From assembly GCF_037042905.1 (NCBI RefSeq), contig NC_087250.1, positions 4,342,001 to 4,406,000 of the forward strand: DNA of 64,000 nt, in the 5' to 3' direction. The notes beneath the pieces were generated by a model that ran no database searches, was not told the DNA's origin, and saw only the letters and a program-made list of their open reading frames with translations. Below, piece by piece: positions 52,133 through 64,000 of the stretch. The position numbers and the translations under genes are program-made. How positions within the stretch are numbered: the first letter of the stretch is position 1; every line of letters begins with the position of its first letter. The DNA is from Lytechinus pictus (Eukaryota).

Positions 52133-53241
52133 CTAGGATTTACAGTATGTGCGCCATTAAATGAGAACAACGGACGAACTTAGTTGCCGTTAAGGCTGGC
52201 GACAGGGACCATTTTATTAAACACAATAAAACAGACAAAGCTACATAGCATTTACCGCGGAGGGCGACATTATACAACAATCAACATATGGGCGTGATCA
52301 CTTTTTATTTCTTCTTCCTCTTCCATTAAACACAATTATACAAAATACATGTAAATGCAAGTTGCAAATTAACACATTGTAAATGTGACAGGCGTAAAAA
52401 CCATGAATCTCTTAGAGAGACACTATCAATCATTAGCATGTCTGGAACACAGATAAGTAATTAACTATATTGCAAAACGATGCTTTAAAACAAATATCAT
52501 TCTCACTTTAGGTACCAATCATATCCAACTGGATATAACCTAACTTGTCATCAATTATAATAATCTATTCTTCATCACTACCTAACTTGTCATCAATTAT
52601 CCTGCTCGCTACTTCCAAAGTCTCTCTATGCAAACTACATGATTGTCACAGAAAAACAATACATTGACTTCTAAAACCACCTGCTGTTTAAGCAAATTGC
52701 AAAAGAAATGTTCAATGCACATGTAGAAAGTGACTAAAAACAACACAAACATACATGCTAGGTGTATCTAAGTCATAACAAAAATAAAACAAAGGCAGCT
52801 CAAACTTGCCAATATGATATTTGCATCAAATGTCTCTCAATACAGTACATATGCAAAAGTAAAAAAAATCAATTATGAAAAACAAAAAGCGATTTTGATA
52901 ACGAAAATAAGACAAATCAAATAGTGTTCATAAATTCACATGCATGGAGATTGACTATCAAAATACTCAAAACATATTACACTGTATTTGCAATCTTCAA
53001 AATAAAAAAACAGTGTTACATAATTTATTCCCAATTATCCTAAAATTAAATTTGAAAAAGTCAAGCATCAAATAAAACTCCAACTTTTATCGTGTGTCAC
53101 ATCAAATTACACTAACAGAAATTAGCACAAAACCCTGATCATTATAATGAAGACTGGTTAAAGTAACTTAACATTAATTTGATGTACTAGCTAGTGAAAC
53201 CAAGGTCCAAAAAAAATAATTAAAAAAAAAAAAAAAAAATT

Positions 53242-54210
53242 ATTAATGATGCAAATTTATATGTGTTTTACAAAGTCACTATTGTACTAATTCATTCAGT
53301 TTTGAAATGGTCTTTGCTTTAATCCAGGCGTTAGAATGATTTAAATACATTTGTCTATTAATCGATCAGTCCATGATGAGTTGTCTCTAACAATGTCCGG
53401 AATGTTTAAACCATTTTCGAATTATGATATTCACTTCGTAAATATCATAATTTTCCTTTACCCAAATGGTGTTAATAGAGGACCACACCCTGAGGTTTAA
53501 AATAACACCCTAGAGATTGAACATAACACCAAAGAGTGTAAATGTAACAACCATATGTGTTGTAATAACACCTATAGGTGTAAAACTAACACCACCAATT
53601 TAACACCGGTGTAAAATAACTGGTGTGGTCCTCTATGTACACCGGTTAACACCACAGTTTTTGCTGTGTATCAAAATTGAATATTTCGGAACCTGGCAAT
53701 GTTTTACATGGTGGACATAAAAACTGGTACTAAACATTAAATGTCTCGGATTTATAATTGACAATAAACTCAAGTGTGATGTCAATGATGTTGAATACTT
53801 ATGTAGAAAAGTTGGTAAAGCTAGTCAAATATTAGGGTAGACTCCGCTATTTTATTAATGATGCAAATTTATATGTGTTTTACAAAGTCACTATTGTACT
53901 AATTCATTCAGTTTTGAAATGGTCTTTGCTTTAATCCAGGCGTTAGAATAATTTAAATACATTTGTCTATTAATCGATCAGTCCATGATGAGTTGTCTCT
54001 AAGAATGTCCGGAATGTTTAAACCATTTTCGAATTATGATATTCACTTCGTAAATATCATAATTTTCCTTTACCCAAATGGTGTTAATAGAGGACCACAC
54101 CCTGAGGTTTAAAATAACACCCTAGAGATTGAACATAACACCAAAGAGTGTAAATGTAACAACCATATGTGTTGTAATAACACCTATAGGTGTAAAACTA
54201 ACACCACCAA
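53242..54210. repeat. ~360-bp direct duplication (53242-53600 / 53853-54210)
   Basis: attaatgatgcaaattt...aacaccaccaat occurs twice. Confidence 0.85.
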
Positions 54211-55254
54211 TCATAATTTCCTTTACCCAATCCCAAAACAGAATATTCTCGCCGTAATATCCAATCTCGATGTGCATCTCATTATAATGCCATTCCCCGT
54301 TACATGGAATTATTGGAAAAATATCGATGTATTAAAAAAGGGCATTAAAAGCTTTAATCCATACTTTTTTGTAACTTTTGGTTAAGACATCTAATACTTA
54401 CTCTTTGATCTTCTGTAAATATTTAAATTTTGTAAATATGTTTTTTTGTTCTTAACTGTTTCACATTATCGTTAGTCAAGTCGATTTCCTTTCCTGCGTT
54501 TGTCTATGTTAGGGACCCCTTTGTAAAACGGCGTTGATATATGACCAACGCTGAGTAAGGCATTCACTTTCTTACAGATAATGTATTTGCTATTGTAAAT
54601 ATATATCACTGGTATTGACGGAAACTAGATACAATGCAATTAGAAATATGATGTCTTTATATCATTGTGAGTTGATGGATCTGCTTTTCATAGGAAAAAC
54701 TTATCCATTTTAATGTTCATTATATTGATTTTGTGGCAGTGTTTAACAGTAAGCCGGAATGAGTGGTTTGAATAATTAAGTGTTATTCTAAACCGTTTTG
54801 TATATTAACCCCCCCCCCCCCGAATAAAAAAAAGACTGCAAAGTTTTTAGATAATGCAATTTCATCTTTTGTATTCATGTCCATGTACATTTTGTTGTTA
54901 TAGCCCCCTTCACTTCCCTGATTTAAACAAAAAATGCATTTCAAATAATACATATACTTCGCTGTATATCGTATGGATTGGCGCCATCATGCAGCTATCT
55001 TAGAGGTTACCTTGCATGCGTTGATGATCTGCATCCGGCGGCGCTTCTCTGACAGGGTTCACAGGCCTAATTCATTTTCCATAGACTCGTTTGTTAAAGT
55101 GGCAATTAAAAAGAATTCATAAAAAATAAGGAGGAAATTCGAGGGTTAAATGTTTACTGCCAGTGGATAGGATAAATGTCTGACATTCCATATGTGACCA
55201 GAAATGGGTACCTCGAACGGCTCATTTTAAAAATAAATGAGCATTTATGAAGAC

Positions 55255-55955
55255 TACATCTGACAGGATCAAATTCATAACTTTAGAGCGTAGAATTGCC
55301 CTAATTCTTCCGCCAGTAAAAGTATGTGGTGACATATCTTTCCAATTTGGAAAAAAAAGGAAGTTCAGTAGGTACCCTGCCTAGAATCAGTGTTAGATTG
55401 TCAGTCATATTCATTCATTTTTGTTAATCAGCAATATCAAATTTAAAAATTGAGGTTGGCTCGAATGAATATATTTTGCCTGCCAGTTGTGATTAGGCCC
55501 GTGAAACCCTCTGACAACCTCGTTTATACGCGTATTCCTATATCCTCTGAGGGAGGGCGCTGTGTTATCAGAACGTCGTAATAGGTATAACGTTTGTTTT
55601 ATTGAATACATCTGACAGGATCAAATTCATAACTTTAGAGCGTAGAATTGCCCTAATTCTTCCGCCAGTAAAAGTATGTGGTGACATATCTTTCCAATTT
55701 GGAAAAAAAAGGAAGTTCAGTAGGTACCCTGCCTAGAATCAGTGTTAGATTGTCAGTCATATTCATTCATTTTTGTTAATCAGCAATATCAAATTTAAAA
55801 ATTGAGGTTGGCTCGAATGAATATATTTTGCCTGCCAGTTGTGATTAGGCCCGTGAAACCCTCTGACAACCTCGTTTATACGCGTATTCCTATATCCTCT
55901 GAGGGAGGGCGCTGTGTTATCAGAACGTCGTAATAGGTATAACGTTTGTTTTATT
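55255..55955. repeat. ~352-bp tandem duplication
   Basis: tacatctgacaggatc...aacgtttgttttatt occurs twice. The two ORF-track peptides are near-identical. Confidence 0.88.
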
Positions 55956-57552
55956 CCCTCCCGGGCAGTCATGCCAGGGATTTACGTAAGGATTCCAGAG
56001 TCACACAGTTTGTCCACAGTCAAGGGTTACAGTGTGTGCACAAAGTGCGTCCACATGGTATGTTCCTATAGTAGATTTTGAAGATTTTGTTAAAATGCTA
56101 TTAGATATATCATTGTGAAGATAGATGCACTCTGACTCCTCCACAGTGTAAACGTTCACTGTGTTCACATTATTCTCGTTTCTACTTTATCCCTCTTCCC
56201 CTTTGCTTATTTCTTTCTTCCTCAATCTTCTATTTATGAGATACACCTTTTAATTTGATCTAAGTTTTGATAATTATAGAATACTAATTAAGTTTTTGTT
56301 CATTTTCTTTTATTGTACTTCGTGATTTTTTTTTTGTTACCCTTTCACCGTGTGCTGCTGGTCATTTTTATGTGCATATATACCAATGAATAATAATAAC
56401 AATAATAATTGTTTTTTTTCAAAAGGTGCTTAGCCTAATGTCCACTTTTTAGGAAGGAATATATATATTTATTTTTATTTATTTTTTATTTATATTATTA
56501 TTTATATTTTTTCAACTCGCTCTTCGCGCTCGCATCAATTAATTATTCAGTGAAAAACCAATTTGTTCATGGTCACTAAAAGTGATTAGAATATCCAGTT
56601 CTTCAGTCGGAATATCAAAATTTTTAGCTCGCGCTTCGTGCTCGCATAATTCATTAAGGAAGATACCCATGCTATTCATAATTAAGTGCACAAAACTATC
56701 GTTTTAGGTCTAAATTTTTAGGAATAAAATCAACTCAGGCTTCGCGCTCGCAATTATCATTTTTATTTTTTCAATTTCAATTCCGTCAATTTTCTGACAT
56801 TTCTGCCAAGTGAGTGAGTGATTTTCCCCATATCTAGTGATACATCATGTTACTGTCGCATATATTTTCACATTCATATTTATTTTTATGAATGAATGGA
56901 TGCATTTATTTTTGTTTTAACTGTGTATATGGAAATAAAAAAAATGCAAATCAAAACATGAATACAACTGCTTTCAATGTCAAATACAACTGTACCTCTT
57001 TTATAACGTCTCCAAATGAGTAGAATCGGGTGGGAACATAATGTAAACACCTTCAAAGAGGAACAAAAGAAGTATTTTAATATAAACATTGCAATAACCA
57101 TTTGATTATAAATATATCGATCACGGTCCAATACACGTACATTTCATTTCTGGAATGATATACAAAAAAAAATTGATATCGACAATAAAGTGCAATCGCC
57201 CAATCGCAAATATCAGTAGTAGCAAGATCCCAACTGTTTTATTGGGCACCCCCTGGGTAACCTTTCCCACCTTCAGTGCCACTTCCAGACCTACACATCC
57301 AAACGTGTATGGGAGGGGGGGGGGCTGCAAAATGCAGGCCAACGAGGACTGCGAGGTGCCCAAAGTTCCTCGTGTATTTGCAATGTTATGACCGAATGTA
57401 TAATATACTGTATGCACGTTTTACATCATGTAAAAGGGCTTAATAATAATTGAAAAGAAATGTTCGATCGCTCGAAAATTAAAAACTGTGAATTTGATAT
57501 TTGGGCAATGATTATCAGCCCCCCCCCTGAAAATATTGTGCCTATACGTCCA

Positions 57553-59120
57553 TTTTTTTTTTCTCTCTTGCTTTTTTAGCCTTTATTCAGATACTGTTAC
57601 ATTTTTCATGTACAAGGGTAATAAATCAAATACATGTATGCAAATTAAAGTGAAGTACACTTATACAGCAATATAACATATGAAATAATATACATCTTGA
57701 TATAAATTTTTCGAACAAATATTATCATAACCCATAATACCAATAACAAAAACCTCGTAATTTCACATGTATTTACTGTATAATAATACCGTATTGTATG
57801 ATGAAAAATCAAAAGTACAGACTTTTTTAAGTGAAGAGGTTATCCCATAATTAAAAAAAAAGGACTTATACATGTATATTCATTCCTCCAACTTTTGTAA
57901 GACAATACAGAAAAAAAAGTCTCTATGTTTATTCTTAGAAAGTATACAATAATCTGAATAAAGATTTTGTATATAAAGCACACACGAAAACAAAACAAAA
58001 CACAACAATATATTTTTGTATTTTATGGCAGGAAGGAACCTGACCATTAGTTCTGGATTGGAAAATGGCATATTTGATGAAAAAGATTATACAGTTTACA
58101 CAATTATTTCTATTCGTACTTCCAGATAATCCCAAATGTATATCTCTCCATTCTAAATCTCTTAATTCAGACATACAGAAATATTTAATGAAAAATTCCC
58201 ATAAAGGTTTTACCTTGGAACAATTTAGAAAAATATGAATGTATGATTCGGTTTCTCTGCCACAAAAAGAGCATAAACTGTCTTTAACATACCCAAATTT
58301 CAATAACTGTTCTTTGGTATAAATCGCCCCGTGTAAAAGTAAGAACTGGAATTCTCTTTGTTTCCTAATCAAAGTTATGCTCCTGGTTTGGGCAAGCCTA
58401 TTACACATTTCAACATCTGTAAAATTCAAATTAATGTTTTTATCTTTCAATGTTAAATTATAAGTTTCCCGTAAATTTTCAACAAAACAACTATAAATCA
58501 TTTTTGATTTAATCACCTCAAAAGTAGTTTCCAGCTTACTGATATTCAAATTAACATTGAAGTTCTCATCGTCAATCTTTGTAAATTTAATAGAGCTATA
58601 GGCATTTTTCCAAGTAATTGGAATAGCATGTACTATATCAATAATGTGGAGCAGTTCATCTGCGGTTAGCCCAATATTTTGAAAATAAGCCACAGGTCTC
58701 ACAACCCCGTTATCAAAAATATGATCTACAGTGTATATTCCCTTATTATAAAGATCAATATCAAAAATCATTTTACCTCTTACACATACATTCTTATTAT
58801 TAAATATAATCGGGTTTACTTCCTCTTTTGTATATCTATATTTTCTCATATCTTGCCAAGCCTTCAGCATTTCAGAATAAAATTGTGGCATTGTCTGTGT
58901 TAATTTGCAAATATCAAAATCGCATAGAAATAACAGTCTCCCACCGAGTGATCTAAAACAGAAATCAAAATACAATTTCCACCCAGCATTGCGTTCCCCG
59001 TATAATAGACGTTTCAGCCACATTAGACGTTGGGCCTTTATGAACAACTTAAAATTCATCATTCTTAACCCACCGTGTGAGTAATCCTGATACATAATGT
59101 TTCTCTTTATACGGTCCATG
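57553..59120 (-). mobile_element. 5'-truncated L1/Tx1-clade LINE (C-terminal region with CCHC knuckle)
   Basis: ORF 57935-59146 contains GGLRM, WLKRLL and CSFC...H...C. It is homologous to the element at 1-484/9258-12920. Confidence 0.82.
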
Positions 59121-59350
59121 CCTACCCCCCCCCCACACACACACACACCTTGCTCATCCTTGTCGCTTGACTCCCCCCCCCCCCCCCCTCCCTCCCTTGA
59201 TGAAATATGCTAGATACGCCACTGGTGTAAACCAATAAAGCGATGAAAGATGATATTCAGAGTGCATGAGAAAGTTGCCTTTGAAGACCCGTGGTTTTCT
59301 TGACAGTTGAGGAAAACTTCAGCTGTGCGAATATTTAGCTGTTCCATTAA

Positions 59351-59947
59351 AGGACAGGTCCACCCCGACTAAAAATGTAAAAAGAGACAAAATCAATCAA
59401 GCACAACACTGAAAATTTCATCAAAATCGGATGTAAAATAAGATAATTATTACATTCTAAAGTTTCGCTTTATTTCACTAAATAGTTATATGCACATCCT
59501 GATCTGTATGAAAATGAGAAGACTGATGACGTCATCCACTCACTATTTCTTTTGTAGTTCATTATATGAAATATGCGATATTCTAGTTTTCTCCTCGCTG
59601 CCAAGTGAATCAACAATTAATTAATCCCTGAACATGTGGCATTAGCATTGTTAATACTATATGGTTCAGTCAAGTTTTTCCTTATGGTCAAATCTGCCCA
59701 AAAAGTTAAATATTGTATATTTCAAACAATAAAAAACAAAATGATAATGAGTGAGGGACATCATCGCCTGTCCATTTGCATGTCACTGACTTACAGTGCA
59801 TATCACTGTTTTGTGAAAAATAAGCAAAACTTTAAAATATCATAACTTTCTTATTTTACATCCGATCTTCATGAAATTTCAGTGTTATTCTAGTTAAATT
59901 TTTCTGTATTTATTAAAATCAACATTTTTCTGGGGTGGACTTGACCT
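59351..59947. mobile_element. TTAA-flanked MITE (Kolobok-type ends)
   Basis: TTAA|AGGACAGGTCCACCCC ... GGGGTGGACTTGACCT|TTAA, with long imperfect inverted arms. Confidence 0.75.
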
Positions 59948-62485
59948 TTAATTAGTCAAGAGTCGATTGGCAAATTTGAGCGGGGAGCGAGGGTGGATGG
60001 AGACTGGAGGGAAAAGGCGAGATGGAAGGGGAGAGATTGCAAGAGGGAGGTTGAGAGAAACAGATAAGAGTGCGAGAGGGAGAAAGTGAACTAAATGGAG
60101 AGGAGGGGGGGGGGGGGTGGCGAGGACATTATGCAAGTCCATTCAGTCATGTTTCATAAAGAAACAGAGGGGGAGCGAGAGATTGCATGCAAGGGGGTAG
60201 GGGAGAGCAAAGAGAAAGAGAACTTGGCTGGAGAAAGGAACAGAAATTTAGATGGAAGGGATGGCGAGGACATTCAGTGAAAAGAAGGGAGAGAGATTGC
60301 AAGAGAGAAGGAGAATCGAAACTTGAGAAAGAGGGGAGATTGGGATGGAGTCCATTTATTTATGTACAGAAGTTTGTCCGTCCATTCGTTCGTGTATAAA
60401 TTGTTAAAGTCCATGCGCATGCGCACTTCAGTTTTTTTAGCTCAACTTATTAATAATTCATGCACCATATTTCCATGATGTACGTAAAAAATATTCGCTA
60501 CCCGGCATGCTTTGTGCGCGGATGAATTACTCTCATGTACCCTGTATAGTCAGGTTCACTATGTTCATATTTCAGCTTTCGCCGGATTTTTTTAGAAATT
60601 GAAAACTATATATTTTTGGAAAGGTTATTGTATGAGCAATCAGAAAAACAACGTTTTAATTTGCAATAAATAATAATTCCTGCTTACCAAGGGCGCCGGA
60701 AGCGGGGGGGGGGGGGGCAGGGGGGCACTCCCCCCCCCCCCCCTAAATAAAAAAAAAATAAAAAAAATCGGGGGGGGGGGCAAACGAGATTAAGTTCTTT
60801 TTTTTTTTTTTTTTTTTTTTTTAGGTTTTTTTTTTTTTCGTTTTTTTTTAAGTATCTTGACCTCGGTTAAGGGTTTAATGTTGATACCGCAGTTTGTTAA
60901 GACTCCAATGGCAAGAAACTGATCCACAATGTGCTGCACTCAACCCAGGTGAGGTAAATGGGTACCGGTAGGAAGTAATTTCTTTAAAAGCTGTGTGCGC
61001 TATGAACGCCTAGCTTAGCTGGGTAATATAGGAGCGCCTTGAGCACCGAACAAGGTGGATATGTGCGCAATATAAATACACTTTATTATTATTATGGCCA
61101 CCAAGACCTTTGACCTTAATCTTGTGACTTTTGATCAATAATTATTGATTACCCTAATGTGATCTGGGTTTCATATAGGCCCTAATACTTGTAATGTTAT
61201 GATAATATGTCAAAAAACTTTACTTTGGTAAAGACTTTTCATTGTTGATACCACAGGGTGGTCGAAATTCATCGACCCGTCTGACCTTTGACCACGGTCT
61301 TGCTCTAGCTGGCACCCATACAGGGGTGATCAGTGATACCTGAATTTCCAGATGTCCAGGTTTCATGGTAGAGGTTTGTATGCTTTTAAAGCTATGATAC
61401 ATTAAACATACTCAACCTTTTAAGATTTCAATGTAATTAACAAGGCATGGCCAAAGTTCATTGACCTAAAGGACGATTCCTTACGTGTCATTCGGGACAT
61501 TTTGACAACAATTTCTAGTTTCCTAGCCGAATACTTGAGCAATAAAATATTCTTTTTAGTCAATGATAAAGCTATATTGGGTAGTCATGTGAAAAACTAA
61601 TAAACCAACACAAACAAATTGATTATGGGTAAATTATAGGTGGAGGTGTTGTGTGTCATACGGGACGCAGAAATGTCCCGTACGACACGCAACATTTTAG
61701 GCTCTAATTCACCTATGGACAACATATTTTGTTGGTTGTCATTTCTTTGCATGTCTACCCAGTAGTACTTTAATATTACCACAAAGCAATTTGAAGTTTT
61801 TCGTTCATTTGGACAGCAGGTTGAAAAATGGTGTGAAAATGGCTGATTTTTCTAGCATGGAATCGCCCTAAAGGATCTCTGACCTTGATCATGTTACCTG
61901 AATTATATGCAAGATGATCATTGGTACAATGTCAAAGTTTCATAACTTAAGCCCCCATAAATTTAAAGAGCTATGTTACGGTAAAACCCCCTCAACCTTC
62001 AATTGATCAAGAATTCAATAGAATTACCAAAGCAATACAGCACGGACAAAGTTTATCGAGCTTAACTGGCATTTGACCTTAATCATAATAACTGAAACCC
62101 GTGCAAAATGATAAGCAATACATGATTATTTTAATATAAAAGTTTTATGAAATAAATCTGAAGATCAATACCTTTAAGGCTATGCATTTAAAAAAATGTA
62201 ACTTTGGTTAAGACTTCAAATTGATACCACACCATGGTCAAAGTTCATTGACCCTAACTGACCATTTGACCCTGATCATGTGAACAGTGAAACACATGTT
62301 AATTATTATTATTATTATTAATACTATTTTAAAGTGCACCACTAGTTACCAACAATGCATAGAGCATTTCCATTTATTTGAAAGCAGGATAAAAGAGCAC
62401 TGTAGGTTAAATGACTTGCTCAGGGGCATAGGTGCCGCGACCGGGGATTGAACCCCGGACTTTCATGTATAGCCAGGCGCCTTAA

Positions 62486-63151
62486 AGGTCCTATGACACC
62501 AATTCCATCTTATTTTAGGTACATATCTATTATTAGGTAGTTTTACTTGAAAAATACGAATTTGCCATCGGTTTCTGTGTCCGACCAACCGGTGATGAGT
62601 TATTCCATGGAAATGAACTTCAACGGGAACGCGCCCAGTAAACATTTTCGAAAGAGTCGACAGATCGACCTGTCAGTTATTGTGACGTCATCGAAAGTTA
62701 TTGTACACGTTCCTCGTGTAGTTACTGTTTCGACCGAGCTCATCTTTAACGGATTAAAAAAAAAAAATTGATGAGGTTTTGATCATGGCTGCAGCATCGT
62801 CATCAGCTGCGTCTGATTCTTCAGACTTTGAAGATTCAGGTTCTGAATATCATTCCAGCTATTCAATTTATTTACTATGAATCCACACGTGCAACCACAA
62901 TAGGCACTTCTCGCTCCAAACGTCAGCAACGCTCATCAGCTTCTTTCCCCGACGTCATAATTGTCACGTGATATACGAAACCAAATCGGGTTGAATGCTT
63001 GTGGGCGGGGCGAATTTGGCTCTATTTTCAATATAAAACTGCCTTTGAACCTGATGTGGGATGTTTTTCGGGTAAAATATTGATGGAATCGTAATTAGTA
63101 ACCACTAGGCTAACGAATAAATCAGCATCTTTGCTGTATTTCATGGGACCT
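62486..63151. mobile_element. TTAA-flanked non-autonomous element (Kolobok-type ends), inserted in a SINE remnant (~62300-62485, -)
   Basis: TTAA|AGGTCCTATGA ... TCATGGGACCT|TTAA. The adjacent sequence carries the B-box complement GGGATTGAACC. Confidence 0.65.
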
Positions 63152-63586
63152 TTAATGAAAAAAATTACGATACTCTGATGTAACATTTCCCTGACTGAAA
63201 GGTAAAAGTCTGGTCGAATAATATCCTATACACACTTTAAATTTTAATGTTATTCGGGTAATTCTCAGAAAAGACAGGAAATTACATTAAAATCACATTT
63301 TTTTTAAACAAAAGTTGATTATTTTTATACCACTAGATTCCTTGACCTCATAAATGGTGGTGTAGGTGCAAAAAATATGATTCTAGGTTATTTAGAAGCC
63401 GAGATAATGCTGAAAGCCCCGTTCACGGCGGCCATTTTGAAAAATCCAAGATGGCGGCCATATAGGGGGTCGGTGCAAATGAAAACATTGTTATTTTGAT
63501 TCATTATACAATAAAGGTTCCAAAAAATGTATAGTTTTCAATACAAAAAAAAATCCGGCGAAATTACATAGTGAAACTGACTATTA

Positions 63587-63722
63587 GTAATTGGACCTTC
63601 GACTTGGCCACCACTGCAGCTCTGTAGATGACGCATTGCATCATTGCATTGGGGAATCCCCGCTCGAATTACGCAATCCATTGTATTGCAACATATCCTT
63701 CGTGAAATCAAGACAAGCCTAC
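63587..63722 (+). promoter_or_regulatory. Conserved upstream block of paralogue 2, with an NF-kB-type site GGGGAATCCCC (63651-63661)
   Basis: Homologous to 13750-13880. Confidence 0.6.
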
Positions 63723-63918
63723 CCCCTCCCCCTTTTTTTTGTTTGGACCAGAATACCACGGAGTAACAACGCGTCACATTTCCATAATGATTATTGAATA
63801 GCTTTGGTAATGACTGTAAGTTGACATCGACTCTGGAAGATAATTCACTGAGCAATTCGAATCTTGGAAACGCCGCTGTGTATCGTTTTGTGTGTAATAA
63901 TACTGCCAGATACATGAA

Positions 63919-63970
63919 ATGGGATCAGGATGTGTTGTGTGTGCCATTGTTGTTGTATCAATTCTAATCG
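63919..63970 (+). CDS. Exon 1 (signal peptide MGSGCVVCAIVVVSILI) of a tandem paralogue; the gene continues beyond the window
   Basis: Same 52-bp length and the same ATTCTAATCG|GTAAGTA donor as 14142-14193. Confidence 0.72.
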
Positions 63971-64000
63971 GTAAGTATTATGATGTGCCCGTATTGGTTA

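Noticed and set aside
62785..62880. ATG-initiated Ser/acidic mini-ORF as a host exon
   Set aside because: It lies inside a TTAA-flanked element, stops after ~30 codons and is probably a transposon gene remnant.

Overview
This is AT-rich eukaryotic DNA from an intron-containing animal. The repeat families suggest an echinoderm such as a sea urchin, but that is inference. No prokaryotic operons or CRISPR arrays are present. (1) One host gene can be assembled from 7 phase-compatible exons on + (14142-37470, about 505 aa). It encodes a type I membrane protein: signal peptide, 3 Cys-paired FN3 domains, Thr/Pro stalk, TM and a short kinase-less tail with Tyr motifs (YEEM, ITIM-like SKYGSI). A paralogue begins at 63919, and both copies share a conserved upstream block with a GGGGAATCCCC NF-kB-type site. 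(2) An 8.8-kb compound Penelope-like (Neptune-type, RT+GIY-YIG) insertion with tandem and inverted copies carries three minimal hammerhead ribozyme motifs. It has a 14-bp TSD and sits inside a decayed L1/Tx1 element. (3) A 6.7-kb Gypsy-derived LTR element has PBS and PPT but atypical CG...CG termini and a 3-bp TSD. (4) The rest is decayed LINEs (CR1-like with a 2A-like peptide, L2-like, L1/Tx1), tRNA-derived SINEs (one cloverleaf with a UCA anticodon), hAT- and Kolobok-type MITEs with verifiable TSDs, hairpins and local tandem duplications.
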